Below, piece by piece: positions 8,460 to 16,755 of a stretch of 40,000 nt of DNA. The notes below the pieces were generated by a model. That model did no database searches and was not told where the DNA came from. It worked only from the letters and a program-made list of their open reading frames with translations. The stretch covers positions 51,656-91,655 of the forward strand of contig JAWVFJ010000016.1 of NCBI GenBank assembly GCA_033856275.1, in the 5' to 3' direction. The translations under genes and the position numbers were made by a program. The first letter of the stretch is position 1, and every line of letters starts with the position of its first letter. The stretch is from Solirubrobacterales bacterium (GTDB taxonomy: Bacteria > Actinomycetota > Thermoleophilia > Solirubrobacterales > 70-9).

Positions 8460-9350
8460 ATGACAGCGATACATCTCCGCGGCGTAGTCAAGCGCTTCGG
8501 CCCGATCACGGCGGTCGACGGGCTCGACCTCGAGGTGCCGGAGGGCATCTGCCTCGGCCTGCTCGGTCCCAACGGCGCTGGCAAGTCGACGACGATGCGA
8601 CTGCTCACCGGCCAGGCACTCCCCGACGCCGGCGAGCTGCACGTGCTCGGGCACGAGCTACCCGGCGACTCCAAGGCCGCCCGCGCCGAAATGGGCGTCG
8701 TTCCCCAGCTCGACAACCTCGACGTCGACGTCACCGTCGAAGACAACCTGGCGATCTTCGCCCGCCTCTACCGCGTGGCGGACGTCGGCGCCGCGATCGA
8801 CCGGGCGCTCGACCTGGCCCGCCTGCGCGATCGCCGCCGCGACGCCGTCGACGAGCTCTCCGGCGGCATGCGGCGGCGCCTGCTGCTGGCCCGCGGGCTG
8901 ATCCACGACCCGAAGCTGATCCTGCTCGACGAGCCCACGGTCGGCCTCGACCCGCAGATCCGCACCGAGCTGTGGACGCTGATTGGCGAGCTGCGCTCGC
9001 GCGGCACGACGATCCTGATGTCGACCCACTACATCGAGGAGGCCGAGCGCCTCGCCGACGAGGTGGCGGTGATGACGAAGGGCAAGATCATCAGCCGCGG
9101 CCGGCCGGTGGAGCTGATCACCGAGCACGCCGGCATCCAGACCGCCGAGGTCTACGGGCCGCCCGAACGGCTGATCGAGGCGCGAGCGACCGCCGAAGCG
9201 CACGGCCTCTCGGTCCGCCCGGCCGGACCTGCGATCGCGATCGTCGGCTCCGAGGAGGCAGCCAATGGTGCCATCCCCGACGACGCCGTCGTGCGCGCCG
9301 CCTCGCTTGAGGACGTCTTCGTCCTGCTGACCGGGGAGGAGGCGGAGTGA
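8460..9350 (+). CDS. ABC transporter ATP-binding protein (DrrA/NodI-like exporter ATPase)
   Basis: From ATG 8460: MTAIHLRGVVKRFGPITAVDGLDLEVPEGICLGLLGPNGAGKSTTMRLLTG (Walker A), LSGGMRRRLLLARGL (signature) and LILLDEPTVGLD (Walker B). The track ORF starting at 8259 overlaps the upstream gene and is an over-extension. Confidence 0.9.
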   Translation: MTAIHLRGVVKRFGPITAVDGLDLEVPEGICLGLLGPNGAGKSTTMRLLTGQALPDAGELHVLGHELPGDSKAARAEMGVVPQLDNLDVDVTVEDNLAIFARLYRVADVGAAIDRALDLARLRDRRRDAVDELSGGMRRRLLLARGLIHDPKLILLDEPTVGLDPQIRTELWTLIGELRSRGTTILMSTHYIEEAERLADEVAVMTKGKIISRGRPVELITEHAGIQTAEVYGPPERLIEARATAEAHGLSVRPAGPAIAIVGSEEAANGAIPDDAVVRAASLEDVFVLLTGEEAE

Positions 9351-10114
9351 GGCGGCTCGAACCGGCGGCGATCGGCGGCGTGATGAGCCGCGAGCTGGCC
9401 AACTTCCGCACCTACTGGAAGGGCACGACCTTCTCCAGCGTGCTCGAACCGATCGTCTACCTGCTCGCCTTCGGCCTCGGGCTGAGCGCCACGCTCGTCG
9501 ACGAAGTCAACGGCGTCCCCTACATCGAGTTCGTCGGCACCGGCATGGTGGCGACGGCGGTGATCTTCTCCAGCGCCCTGCCGGCGATGTTCGGTACCTT
9601 CGTCAAGCACCGCTTCCAGAACACCTACGACGCGATCCTCGCCGCGCCGGTCGACGTCGAGGAGCTGGTCAGCGCCGAGATGCTCTGGATCGGCATCCGC
9701 TCCGGCACTTACGGCTGCGTCCCGCTGCTGGTCACGATCGGATTCGGCCTCGACCCGGCCTGGGGCATGCTGCTGGTGCCGCTCTTCTGCTTCGTCACCG
9801 CGCTCGGCTTCGCCGGTTTCGGCGTGGCGATGGCGGCGACCGTGGCCAAGATCGACCAGTTCAACTACGTCACCGCGCTCTGCATCACGCCGCTCTTCCT
9901 CGTCGCCGGCACCTTCTTCCCGATCGATGGCCTGCCCCAGGGCGTGCAGGTCGTGGCGCAGCTCAACCCGCTGCACCAGCTGGTCGAACTCGTCCGCGGC
10001 GGCGCCTTCGGCTTCGAGGCGGTCGACCTAGCCCGCTTCGCCTTCCTCGTCGGTTTCGCTCTGCTCACCTGGCGCGTAGCGATCAACCGCATGCAGGCGC
10101 GCCTGATCGACTGA
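9347..10114 (+). CDS. ABC-2 type transporter permease
   Basis: 255-aa six-TM ORF whose GTG start overlaps the ATPase stop (GTGA). The sequence style (FRTYWKG...LNPLHQLVELVRG) is typical of ABC-2/NodJ-like permeases. Confidence 0.85.
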   Translation: MRRLEPAAIGGVMSRELANFRTYWKGTTFSSVLEPIVYLLAFGLGLSATLVDEVNGVPYIEFVGTGMVATAVIFSSALPAMFGTFVKHRFQNTYDAILAAPVDVEELVSAEMLWIGIRSGTYGCVPLLVTIGFGLDPAWGMLLVPLFCFVTALGFAGFGVAMAATVAKIDQFNYVTALCITPLFLVAGTFFPIDGLPQGVQVVAQLNPLHQLVELVRGGAFGFEAVDLARFAFLVGFALLTWRVAINRMQARLID

Positions 10115-10124
10115 GCGCGCAGGC

Positions 10125-10169
10125 TGACTTCGCCTTTTGTCCCGGATAGCGAGACAAAAGGCGAAGTCA
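10125..10169 (+). terminator. 17-bp perfect stem hairpin after the ABC-2 operon
   Basis: TGACTTCGCCTTTTGTC (10125..10141) pairs with GACAAAAGGCGAAGTCA (10153..10169) across an 11-nt loop, 11 nt after the stop at 10114. No U-tract follows, so it may be a processing or factor-dependent element rather than a classic intrinsic terminator. Confidence 0.5.
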
Positions 10170-10243
10170 CCAGGAAGAAAATGGACCGTGCGCCCCGTCC
10201 TCCGAGACGAAGTCACCGGGCGTGTCCGTCGCGGTTGGCTCGA

Positions 10244-10337
10244 GCCGGGCTCGCCTGCGGCACCCGCGGCTTCCGCTTAAGGCTGCTTCCTTCCGGACCT
10301 GACCTGGTTCGCGTGCCTACGTCGCGCAGGACCCGGC
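10244..10337 (-). ncRNA. ffs: Signal recognition particle RNA, small bacterial (4.5S-like) type
   Basis: The plus strand at 10271..10298 reads GGCTGCTTCCTTCCGGACCTGACCTGGT. That is the exact reverse complement of the universally conserved SRP helix-8 core ACCAGGUCAGGUCCGGAAGGAAGCAGCC. The minus-strand ends GCCGGGUCCUGCG and CGCAGGCGAGCCCGGC pair to close a roughly 94-nt hairpin. Confidence 0.85.
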
Positions 10338-10485
10338 CGTCAACGCCGCCCGCGGCGCACTGACCCCGACGGCCAGCCCCTCGGAACGGGATTCGGCCCC
10401 GCTAGAGCGGATTGCGGGTTACAGGGCACCGCTGATTCCCCGCCTAGCACGGTCCGCGACCATCGTATCCGGCCACGGCGTCCGG

Positions 10486-10530
10486 TGAGTTCGCACTTAA
10501 TCGCGCATAGGGCGAATAAGTGCGAACTCA
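10486..10530 (-). terminator. 14-bp perfect stem hairpin just downstream of the secreted-protein gene
   Basis: TGAGTTCGCACTTA (10486..10499) pairs with TAAGTGCGAACTCA (10517..10530). It begins 8 nt past the minus-strand stop at 10538. Confidence 0.5.
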
Positions 10531-10537
10531 GCCGATT

Positions 10538-11614
10538 TCAGCGGCGGATCAGGCGGCGGTTCTTGACCACCGTCGCCGTCACTTTGCCGGCGCGGACTTT
10601 CTGGCGGACCAGTAGGCGCTTGCGCTTCGCCATCTGCTTACGGGCCTTCGGCTTGACCTTCAGCACGACCAGTCGCGACTTGCCGCTGCGCAGGTGGACC
10701 GTGCGCTTGCCGGTCGCCGGGCGGTTCTTGCGCAGCAGCCCCTGCGCCGTGGTCCGGCAAGCGTGGCCGATCTTGCGCGGGCAGTTGACCCGCACGAAGA
10801 GACGCCTGCCGTTGAGGACCGCCGTGCCAGGGGTCGCCTGGCGCAGCAGGTCCTCAAGCCGCTGCTCGTTCAGCGCGCCCCCACCATTGCCTTTGCCGCC
10901 TTTGCCTTTGCCGCTCGTGCCGTCGGACGCCGCGAGCACGACGTTGTCGTAATCGGCGCTACCGGTAACCAGAGCGCTGGTGCCAGTCGTGTAGCTGCTC
11001 ATGATCTGGATCCGGTAGTCATGCCCGGAGGTGAGGCTTTCGGGGTCGATCGAGCCGCGCGACACGTTGGTCCAGGAGTGAGCGCCGGCGAGCGTCGTCG
11101 CAGGGATCAGCGTCAGTGCCTCTCCCCCGTCGCTGGCATCGATCAGGCGCACCGTGTACTCGGCCGAGTTGCCCTCTACCGCGAGCAGTTTGTCGACACT
11201 GGCCCTGCGGTCGAGGGCGAAGCTGACCGCGGTCGCTTTTCCTCCGCCGGTGCCCGCGTAGGTGAACGGTGGGCTTTCCCAGGTCCCAGTTGTGGTACCA
11301 CCGACCGCGGTCGCACCGACCGCGCCGGTGTAGGCGGAGCGGACGAAGCCACCGCCGTCAGCGCCCCCTGCTCCCTGATAGCTGTTTTCGACGCTGGCGC
11401 AAAGGAGCGGCGCCAAGCAGTTGCCCTCTGTAGCCGACGAGGAGGTCCAACCGGCGGGACCACCACTGAATCCACGCGCGGCTCCGCCTGGCGGGTATTG
11501 GTTGGTCGCAGCACTTGTGGTCGCCGGAAGGACCAGCGAGAGCATCGCCAGGAAGGCGACAAAGGCAGCGGCGTTGCGGCGGGACGGTGAAAGGCGGGAC
11601 GGTGAAAAAACCAT
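10538..11614 (-). CDS. Secreted hypothetical protein with Lys/Arg-rich C-terminal tail
   Basis: 358-aa ORF with a signal peptide (AAFVAFLAMLSLVLPATTSAATN), a Gly/Thr/Ala-rich beta-type body, a GKGKGGKGNGGG spacer and a strongly basic C-terminal roughly 90 aa. No family recognised. Confidence 0.55.
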   Translation of the reverse strand: MVFSPSRLSPSRRNAAAFVAFLAMLSLVLPATTSAATNQYPPGGAARGFSGGPAGWTSSSATEGNCLAPLLCASVENSYQGAGGADGGGFVRSAYTGAVGATAVGGTTTGTWESPPFTYAGTGGGKATAVSFALDRRASVDKLLAVEGNSAEYTVRLIDASDGGEALTLIPATTLAGAHSWTNVSRGSIDPESLTSGHDYRIQIMSSYTTGTSALVTGSADYDNVVLAASDGTSGKGKGGKGNGGGALNEQRLEDLLRQATPGTAVLNGRRLFVRVNCPRKIGHACRTTAQGLLRKNRPATGKRTVHLRSGKSRLVVLKVKPKARKQMAKRKRLLVRQKVRAGKVTATVVKNRRLIRR

Positions 11615-11722
11615 CGGAATTCCTCTTTCGTTCTGTTGCGCCTAACAGGCGCTTACCGAATTCTTGGTACCCAGCACAATCTCCGCCGGTCCGCCTGTGG
11701 ACGAACGTAGGATCGGCGCCAC

Positions 11723-12943
11723 GTGATCGACGTCGACACCTCTTCTTTCTTCGCGATCGTCCTCGTCGCGGCGATCGCCGCGACCCTCGTCGCGATCGCG
11801 CCGAAGGGGATGGCGCCCCCCGTCGTGGTTCTGGAGCTGCTCCTGGGGATCCTGATCGGGCCGCAGGTGCTCGACCTCGCCCAACCCTCCGATTTCATCG
11901 AATTCTTCTCCAACCTCGGGCTCGGCATGCTCTTCTACTTCGCCGGCTACGAGATCGACTTCGAACGGATCAAGGGGGCGCCACTGAAGCTGGGCGCACT
12001 CGGCTGGGCCCTCTCGGTGGCTCTGGCCTACGGCATCGGCGGCATCCTCGCGGCTGCCGGCATCGTCGTCTCCTTCCTCTACACGGGCTCGGCATTGGCG
12101 ACGACCGCGATCGGAACGCTGATCCCGATCCTCAAGGACAACGGTGGCTTGAAGACGCGCTTTGGCACCTACCTGCTGGCGGCCGGTGGCGCCGGCGAGT
12201 TCGGCCCGATCCTGCTCGTCACGCTCGTCCTCACCACCGCCAGCCCCCTCCACGAGGCGGCGATCCTGGTCGCCTTCGTGGTGCTGGCGCTGGGCGTCGC
12301 GCTGGCCTCGGTGCGCCTCGCCTGGCGCGGCTGGCCGGCCTTCGAAAAGACCTTCGAGGCGAGCAGCCAGCTCGCGGTGCGAATCACCGTCGTTCTCGTC
12401 TTCGGTCTCGTGCTGCTGGCCAGCCAGCTCGGCCTCGACGTCCTGCTCGGCGGCTTCGTCGCCGGCATGATCACCCGCGCCGCCCTGCGCGGCCATGAGT
12501 TGCAGGTCTTCGAGTCGAAGCTCACCGCGGTCGGCTTCGGCTTCTTCGTCCCCTTCTTCTTCATCACCAGCGGCCTCGAGTTCAACCTCGACGCCCTCGG
12601 CTCGGTGGAAGCGATTGCCAAGATGGCCCTCTTCCTCGTTCTCTTCCTCGTCGTCCGCGGCACCCCCGCCCTACTTCTTTACCGCCGCGTCCTCAGCGCC
12701 ACTGAGCGCCGTGCGCTCGCCTTCTTCAGCGCCACCGAGCTCCCCCTCGTGGTGGCGATCACCACCATCGCCATCGACGCCGGCAAGATGCGCACCTCCA
12801 CCGCGGCCGGCCTGGTCGGCGCCGCAATGCTCTCGACCCTGATCTACCCCTTCGTCGGCATGGCGCTGCAGAAGCGAGCCATGGCGGAAGAAGACGATGA
12901 GCCTCCCCCAAGCGAACCCGCCGGGGCCCCGGCCCCCGCCTGA
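11723..12943 (+). CDS. Cation:proton antiporter (CPA2 / Na+/H+ exchanger family)
   Basis: 406-aa polytopic ORF. The N-terminus VVLELLLGILIGPQVLDL...FFSNLGLGMLFYFAGYEIDF and the later FFVPFFFITSGLEFNL are characteristic of the Na_H_Exchanger family. Confidence 0.8.
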   Translation: MIDVDTSSFFAIVLVAAIAATLVAIAPKGMAPPVVVLELLLGILIGPQVLDLAQPSDFIEFFSNLGLGMLFYFAGYEIDFERIKGAPLKLGALGWALSVALAYGIGGILAAAGIVVSFLYTGSALATTAIGTLIPILKDNGGLKTRFGTYLLAAGGAGEFGPILLVTLVLTTASPLHEAAILVAFVVLALGVALASVRLAWRGWPAFEKTFEASSQLAVRITVVLVFGLVLLASQLGLDVLLGGFVAGMITRAALRGHELQVFESKLTAVGFGFFVPFFFITSGLEFNLDALGSVEAIAKMALFLVLFLVVRGTPALLLYRRVLSATERRALAFFSATELPLVVAITTIAIDAGKMRTSTAAGLVGAAMLSTLIYPFVGMALQKRAMAEEDDEPPPSEPAGAPAPA

Positions 12944-12980
12944 ACCGCCCCCGCGTCCCGCCTATGATTCAAGCCCTCCC

Positions 12981-13052
12981 GGGCGCGTAGCTCAGTGGGA
13001 GAGCGCTCGCCTCACACGCGAGAGGTCGCTGGTTCGAACCCAGCCGCGCCCA
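12981..13052 (+). tRNA. tRNA-Val (anticodon CAC)
   Basis: GGGCGCG TA GCTC AGTGGGA GAGC G CTCGC CTCACAC GCGAG AGGTC GCTGG TTCGAAC CCAGC CGCGCCC A folds as a canonical cloverleaf. The anticodon loop CU-CAC-AC gives anticodon CAC. CCA is not encoded. Confidence 0.95.
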
Positions 13053-13138
13053 TCACTCAGATCCGCTGACAAAAAGCCGCCAGTTTCCGGCGATCCGCCC
13101 GTAAGTCGCGTCCGCTTCGCTGCCTACCGTGACAGCGC

Positions 13139-13396
13139 GTGACTGAATCTGAAAGGAACCTCGTACCGAGCCCGGCCCTGGAGCCCCTGCTCTCGATCGA
13201 GGAGGTATCTGAACTCCTGCGGATCTCGGAGAGCGGGATCTACCGATTGCTGCGGCGAAGCCAGTTGGTGAGCGTCAAGGTCGGTGGCCGCACGCTCTTC
13301 GAGCCCGGCGCGATTCGGGCCTTCATCGCCGCCAGTCGTCGGGCCGGCAGCGCTGAGGGAGGTTCCGACATCCCCGACAACAAGGAGGCGGCATGA
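13139..13396 (+). CDS. Excisionase-family (Xis/AlpA-like) helix-turn-helix DNA-binding protein
   Basis: 85-aa [50 protein letters not shown] matches the excisionase-family HTH pattern. Its stop overlaps the queC ATG (ATGA at 13393..13396). Confidence 0.7.
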   Translation: MTESERNLVPSPALEPLLSIEEVSELLRISESGIYRLLRRSQLVSVKVGGRTLFEPGAIRAFIAASRRAGSAEGGSDIPDNKEAA

Positions 13397-14097
13397 GCCA
13401 GGCAGAGAAAGCAGTCGTCCTCGTCAGCGGCGGCCTCGATTCCGCTACCGCCCTGGCAATGGCCAGGGACGAAGGCTTCGAGCCGTATGCGATCACGTTC
13501 CGATACGGCCAGCGCCACGGGGTCGAGTTGGAGGCCGCCAAGCGGGTGGTCGCGGCCGCAGGGGTCAGCGATCACATCGAGGTCGAGATCGACCTGCGGC
13601 GAATCGGCGGCTCTGCGTTGACCGCCGACATCGACGTGCCCAAGGGCCGTGACCTGGACGAGATGGCCGACGGCATCCCGATCACCTACGTACCGGCGCG
13701 CAACACGGTCTTCCTCTCCTTCGCGCTCGCCTGGGCCGAGGTGCTGGAGGCGGACCACATCTTCATCGGCGTCAACGCCCTCGACTACAGCGGCTATCCC
13801 GACTGCCGGCCGGAGTACGTCAAAGCCTACGAGCAGATGGCGAACCTGGCCACGAAGCGCGGGGTCGAAGGATCTCCGCTGAGGATCCACACGCCGCTGA
13901 TCGACCTGACCAAGGCGGAGATCGTCCGCCTTGGCACCGCACTGGGGGTCGATTACTCGATCACCCGCAGTTGCTATGACCCCTCCCCCGCGGGTGAGGC
14001 GTGCGGCGAGTGCGACTCCTGCCGGCTTCGGCTCAAGGGCTTTGCCGAGAACGGACTCGCCGATCCCGCCCCCTACCAGCTCGAGGCAGCGGCCTGA
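13393..14097 (+). CDS. queC: 7-cyano-7-deazaguanine (preQ0) synthase
   Basis: 234-aa ORF with the PP-loop [14 protein letters not shown], then FRYGQRH, and the C-terminal Zn cluster [24 protein letters not shown]. Confidence 0.95.
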   Translation: MSQAEKAVVLVSGGLDSATALAMARDEGFEPYAITFRYGQRHGVELEAAKRVVAAAGVSDHIEVEIDLRRIGGSALTADIDVPKGRDLDEMADGIPITYVPARNTVFLSFALAWAEVLEADHIFIGVNALDYSGYPDCRPEYVKAYEQMANLATKRGVEGSPLRIHTPLIDLTKAEIVRLGTALGVDYSITRSCYDPSPAGEACGECDSCRLRLKGFAENGLADPAPYQLEAAA

Positions 14098-14100
14098 GCG

Positions 14101-14850
14101 ATGGCGCTCCTCGCCGAAAAGCGAACCGAGGTCACCACCTTCCCGGTGATCGAGGTCTTCGGCCCGACGATCCAGGGCGAGGGTGCTGAGGCGGGTTTTC
14201 CCTGCCACTTCGTCAGGTTCGGCGGCTGTGACTACCGCTGCTCGTGGTGCGACACGATGTACGCGGTCGATCCTGATGAGGTTCGCCGCAACTCAAGTCG
14301 GCTGACTACCGCTGAGATCACAGAGCGAATCGAACGACTCGACGGCGCGCCGACCTGGGTCGTGCTCAGCGGCGGAAACCCCGCCCTGCACGAGCTGACC
14401 TCCCTCGTCGATGCCCTCCAGGCCCTCGGTCACAAGGTCGCGGTCGAGACCCAGGGGTCGGTCTGGCGGGACTGGCTTGGCACCGTCGACCGCTTGACGA
14501 TCTCGCCGAAGCCGCCCTCCTCCGGCATGGACAGCGAGGCGCACCGCGAGCAGTTCCAGCGATTCATGGCGAAGGCCGTCGAGAGAGGGGCCGACGGCGC
14601 AATTCTGAAGATCGTCTGCTTCGACGAGGTCGACGTGCGCTGGGCCTCGGATCTCTCGGCCTCCTGGCCGGCCTTCGATCTCTACCTATCGGCCGGAACC
14701 CCCGTCCCGGCTCCGGCCGACCTGCGGCAAGCAGTCACCGACCGCTTTCGCTGGCTCTGCGAGCGGACGGCCGGCGACGAGCGGCTGGCGAATGCGCGGG
14801 TCTTGCCGCAGTTGCATGTGCTCGCCTGGGGCGACGCGAGGGGCGTATGA
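14101..14850 (+). CDS. queE: 7-carboxy-7-deazaguanine synthase (radical SAM)
   Basis: 249-aa [43 protein letters not shown] carries the QueE CxxxCxxC-type cluster region. It sits between queC and queD. Confidence 0.9.
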   Translation: MALLAEKRTEVTTFPVIEVFGPTIQGEGAEAGFPCHFVRFGGCDYRCSWCDTMYAVDPDEVRRNSSRLTTAEITERIERLDGAPTWVVLSGGNPALHELTSLVDALQALGHKVAVETQGSVWRDWLGTVDRLTISPKPPSSGMDSEAHREQFQRFMAKAVERGADGAILKIVCFDEVDVRWASDLSASWPAFDLYLSAGTPVPAPADLRQAVTDRFRWLCERTAGDERLANARVLPQLHVLAWGDARGV

Positions 14851-15275
14851 GCGAGATAACCATCATCGACGAGCGCGCCGCACAAGCCGCGGGGGCCGTC
14901 ACGACCCGGGCCGAGATATTCCGTGAGTTCACCTTCGAGGCGGCGCACCGGTTGCCCAACGTACCTGAGGGACACAAGTGTGCACGCCTGCATGGTCACT
15001 CCTATCGGGTCGAGGTGAGGGTCAACGGTCAAGTCGGCGAGCAGACCGGTTGGGTCGTCGACTTTGCCGATATCAGCGCTGCTTTCAAGCCGATTCACGC
15101 AGAACTCGACCACCACTATCTGAACGAGGTGCCGGGCCTCGAGAATCCGACCAGCGAGGTCCTTGCCTGCTGGATCTGGGAGCGGTTGGCACCAAGCCTT
15201 TCCGGGCTCGCCGAGATAGTGGTGCGCGAGACCTGCACTTCGGGATGCTCGTACCGGGGGGTGACCGAAGCATGA
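14847..15275 (+). CDS. queD: 6-carboxy-5,6,7,8-tetrahydropterin synthase
   Basis: 142-aa ORF with [28 protein letters not shown] and WVVDFADI (the PTPS/QueD His triad region). It has ATGA overlaps at both ends. Confidence 0.9.
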   Translation: MSEITIIDERAAQAAGAVTTRAEIFREFTFEAAHRLPNVPEGHKCARLHGHSYRVEVRVNGQVGEQTGWVVDFADISAAFKPIHAELDHHYLNEVPGLENPTSEVLACWIWERLAPSLSGLAEIVVRETCTSGCSYRGVTEA

Positions 15276-16096
15276 ATCCCGCCGAGCAACTCGCCGCTCT
15301 CGGCGTCGAAGACGTGCAGGCGACGCGAGACGAGCGCGGTGTGCTCATCGACGAAGTGGGCATCGACGGGCTCTCATACCCGATCGCCGTGGAAGGTCGC
15401 GACGGCGACCGCCAGCAAACCGCGGCCGAGGTGAGCATGGCGGTGGAACTCGCCCACGATTCGCGTGGCGTTCACATGAGCCGCTTCGTCGAAGTGCTCG
15501 ATGCCCATGCCGCCGGCATGGGTCCCGATGGTTTTCGCGAGATGGTCAAGGCGACTCGGTACCGGCTCGGATCCGACTTCGCTCGGGTGAAGTTGGGCTT
15601 TCCGTACTTCCTGCGCCGCCGAGCGCCGACCAGCGAAATGCCCTCGATGGTCCGCTACGAGTGCACGCTCACCGGCGAATCGCGCGGCGAGGAGATCGCG
15701 ACCGAGGTCGGTGTACGGGTTGCCGTGACCAGCCTTTGTCCCTGCAGCAAGGAGATCAGCGACTACGGCGCCCACAACCAGCGTGGCTATGTCGAGATCT
15801 CCGCGACAAGCCCCTGGTCCGGTGGCGAAGCGTCCGGCATCTGGTTCGAGGACCTGGTCGACGTCGCCGAGGCGGCGGCGTCGGCGCCGATCTATCCCCT
15901 GCTCAAGCGCAGCGACGAGCGCACGGTGACGATGCAGGCCTACGACAAGCCCGCCTTTGTGGAGGACATCGTCAGGGACATCGTTGTGGCCTTGCGCACC
16001 GACGTTCGGGTTGCCAAAGCGCGCGTCCGCGCCTCCAACCAGGAGAGCATCCACGACCACAACGCGGTCGCCCAACTGCAGTGGGAGCGCCGGTGA
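15272..16096 (+). CDS. folE2: GTP cyclohydrolase I type 2 (FolE2/MptA family)
   Basis: From ATG 15272: ...[17 protein letters not shown]...[16 protein letters not shown]...[27 protein letters not shown]... These blocks ([20 protein letters not shown]) are typical of FolE2. The track ORF from 14978 is an over-extension overlapping queD. Confidence 0.8.
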   Translation: MNPAEQLAALGVEDVQATRDERGVLIDEVGIDGLSYPIAVEGRDGDRQQTAAEVSMAVELAHDSRGVHMSRFVEVLDAHAAGMGPDGFREMVKATRYRLGSDFARVKLGFPYFLRRRAPTSEMPSMVRYECTLTGESRGEEIATEVGVRVAVTSLCPCSKEISDYGAHNQRGYVEISATSPWSGGEASGIWFEDLVDVAEAAASAPIYPLLKRSDERTVTMQAYDKPAFVEDIVRDIVVALRTDVRVAKARVRASNQESIHDHNAVAQLQWERR

Positions 16097-16755
16097 GCGA
16101 GCGGCGCTCCATCCTGGCGATCACATCCTGCACCGGCCTGAAGACAATCGGGGACGGCGGCGCCAGCCTCCCCGCCGAGCGGCTTTACGCCGGCGAGCAA
16201 CACCGCCGGTTGATGCAGGGCGTCGACTATTTCCGGGCCTCGTCCTCTGGGCATGAACTCGACCTGCGGATCCTCTCGGCCGGTCACGGTGTCGTCGCCG
16301 GCGACCATCGGCTTCGGCACTACGACTCCTCCTTCGCCGCACTGGGCAAGGCGGAGATCGACGAGCGAGCCGCCGAGCTCGGCGTCCCAGGGCAGATCGA
16401 GCAGTTGCTCTCGCGCCCATACGCCCTCGTCCTCGTACTGCTGGGCGACGATTACATGCGCGCTGCCGCGATCGACAGCGACACCCAATTCTCAAGCCCG
16501 ACCATCGTCTTCTGCGGCGAGCGACTTGCCCGACGCTTGCAGGGAGTGCCTTCTCTTAAGCTCGTGCCGGCCGACAAGCGGCAGACACGTCGCTTTGCCT
16601 GTGGCCTCGTCGGCTTGAAGGGGGAGTTGGGGGGACGGCTCTTGCGCCTGCTCGCCGATGATCCCGGCCTCCTCCCCAAGGTTTCCGACCCCGGACTCGA
16701 CCTGCTCGCCATGCTCGACGCGGCAAGCGTCCGCCCACTCGGGGCCGCCGCGTGA
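16093..16755 (+). CDS. Hypothetical protein coupled between folE2 and dpdA; weak YaaA/DUF328-like pattern, possible DpdC-type accessory enzyme (tentative)
   Basis: The GTG at 16093 overlaps the folE2 stop (GTGA) and its own stop overlaps the dpdA GTG (16752). The 220-aa product is [17 protein letters not shown]...PAERLYAGEQHRRL...LRILSAGHGVVAGDHRLRHYDSSF. The LRILS-G-G...L..Y block recalls YaaA/DUF328. This is by-eye resemblance only. Confidence 0.5.
   Translation: MSERRSILAITSCTGLKTIGDGGASLPAERLYAGEQHRRLMQGVDYFRASSSGHELDLRILSAGHGVVAGDHRLRHYDSSFAALGKAEIDERAAELGVPGQIEQLLSRPYALVLVLLGDDYMRAAAIDSDTQFSSPTIVFCGERLARRLQGVPSLKLVPADKRQTRRFACGLVGLKGELGGRLLRLLADDPGLLPKVSDPGLDLLAMLDAASVRPLGAAA

Noticed and set aside
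7472-8746. 424-aa minus-strand ORF overlapping the channel and ABC ATPase genes
   Set aside because: Antisense shadow ORF. The plus-strand products have Walker A/B and channel/RCK features.
10181-10363. 60-aa plus-strand ORF
   Set aside because: It lies directly over the SRP RNA gene on the opposite strand and gives an Arg/Pro-rich translation.
13053-13138. Possible preQ1 riboswitch upstream of the que operon
   Set aside because: I could not find the compact preQ1-I/II style hairpin with an A-rich tail. The que genes here feed DNA modification and need not be preQ1-regulated. An Rfam scan would settle it.
13240-14208. 322-aa minus-strand ORF across queC
   Set aside because: It lies antisense to queC, whose PP-loop and Zn-cluster motifs are clear.
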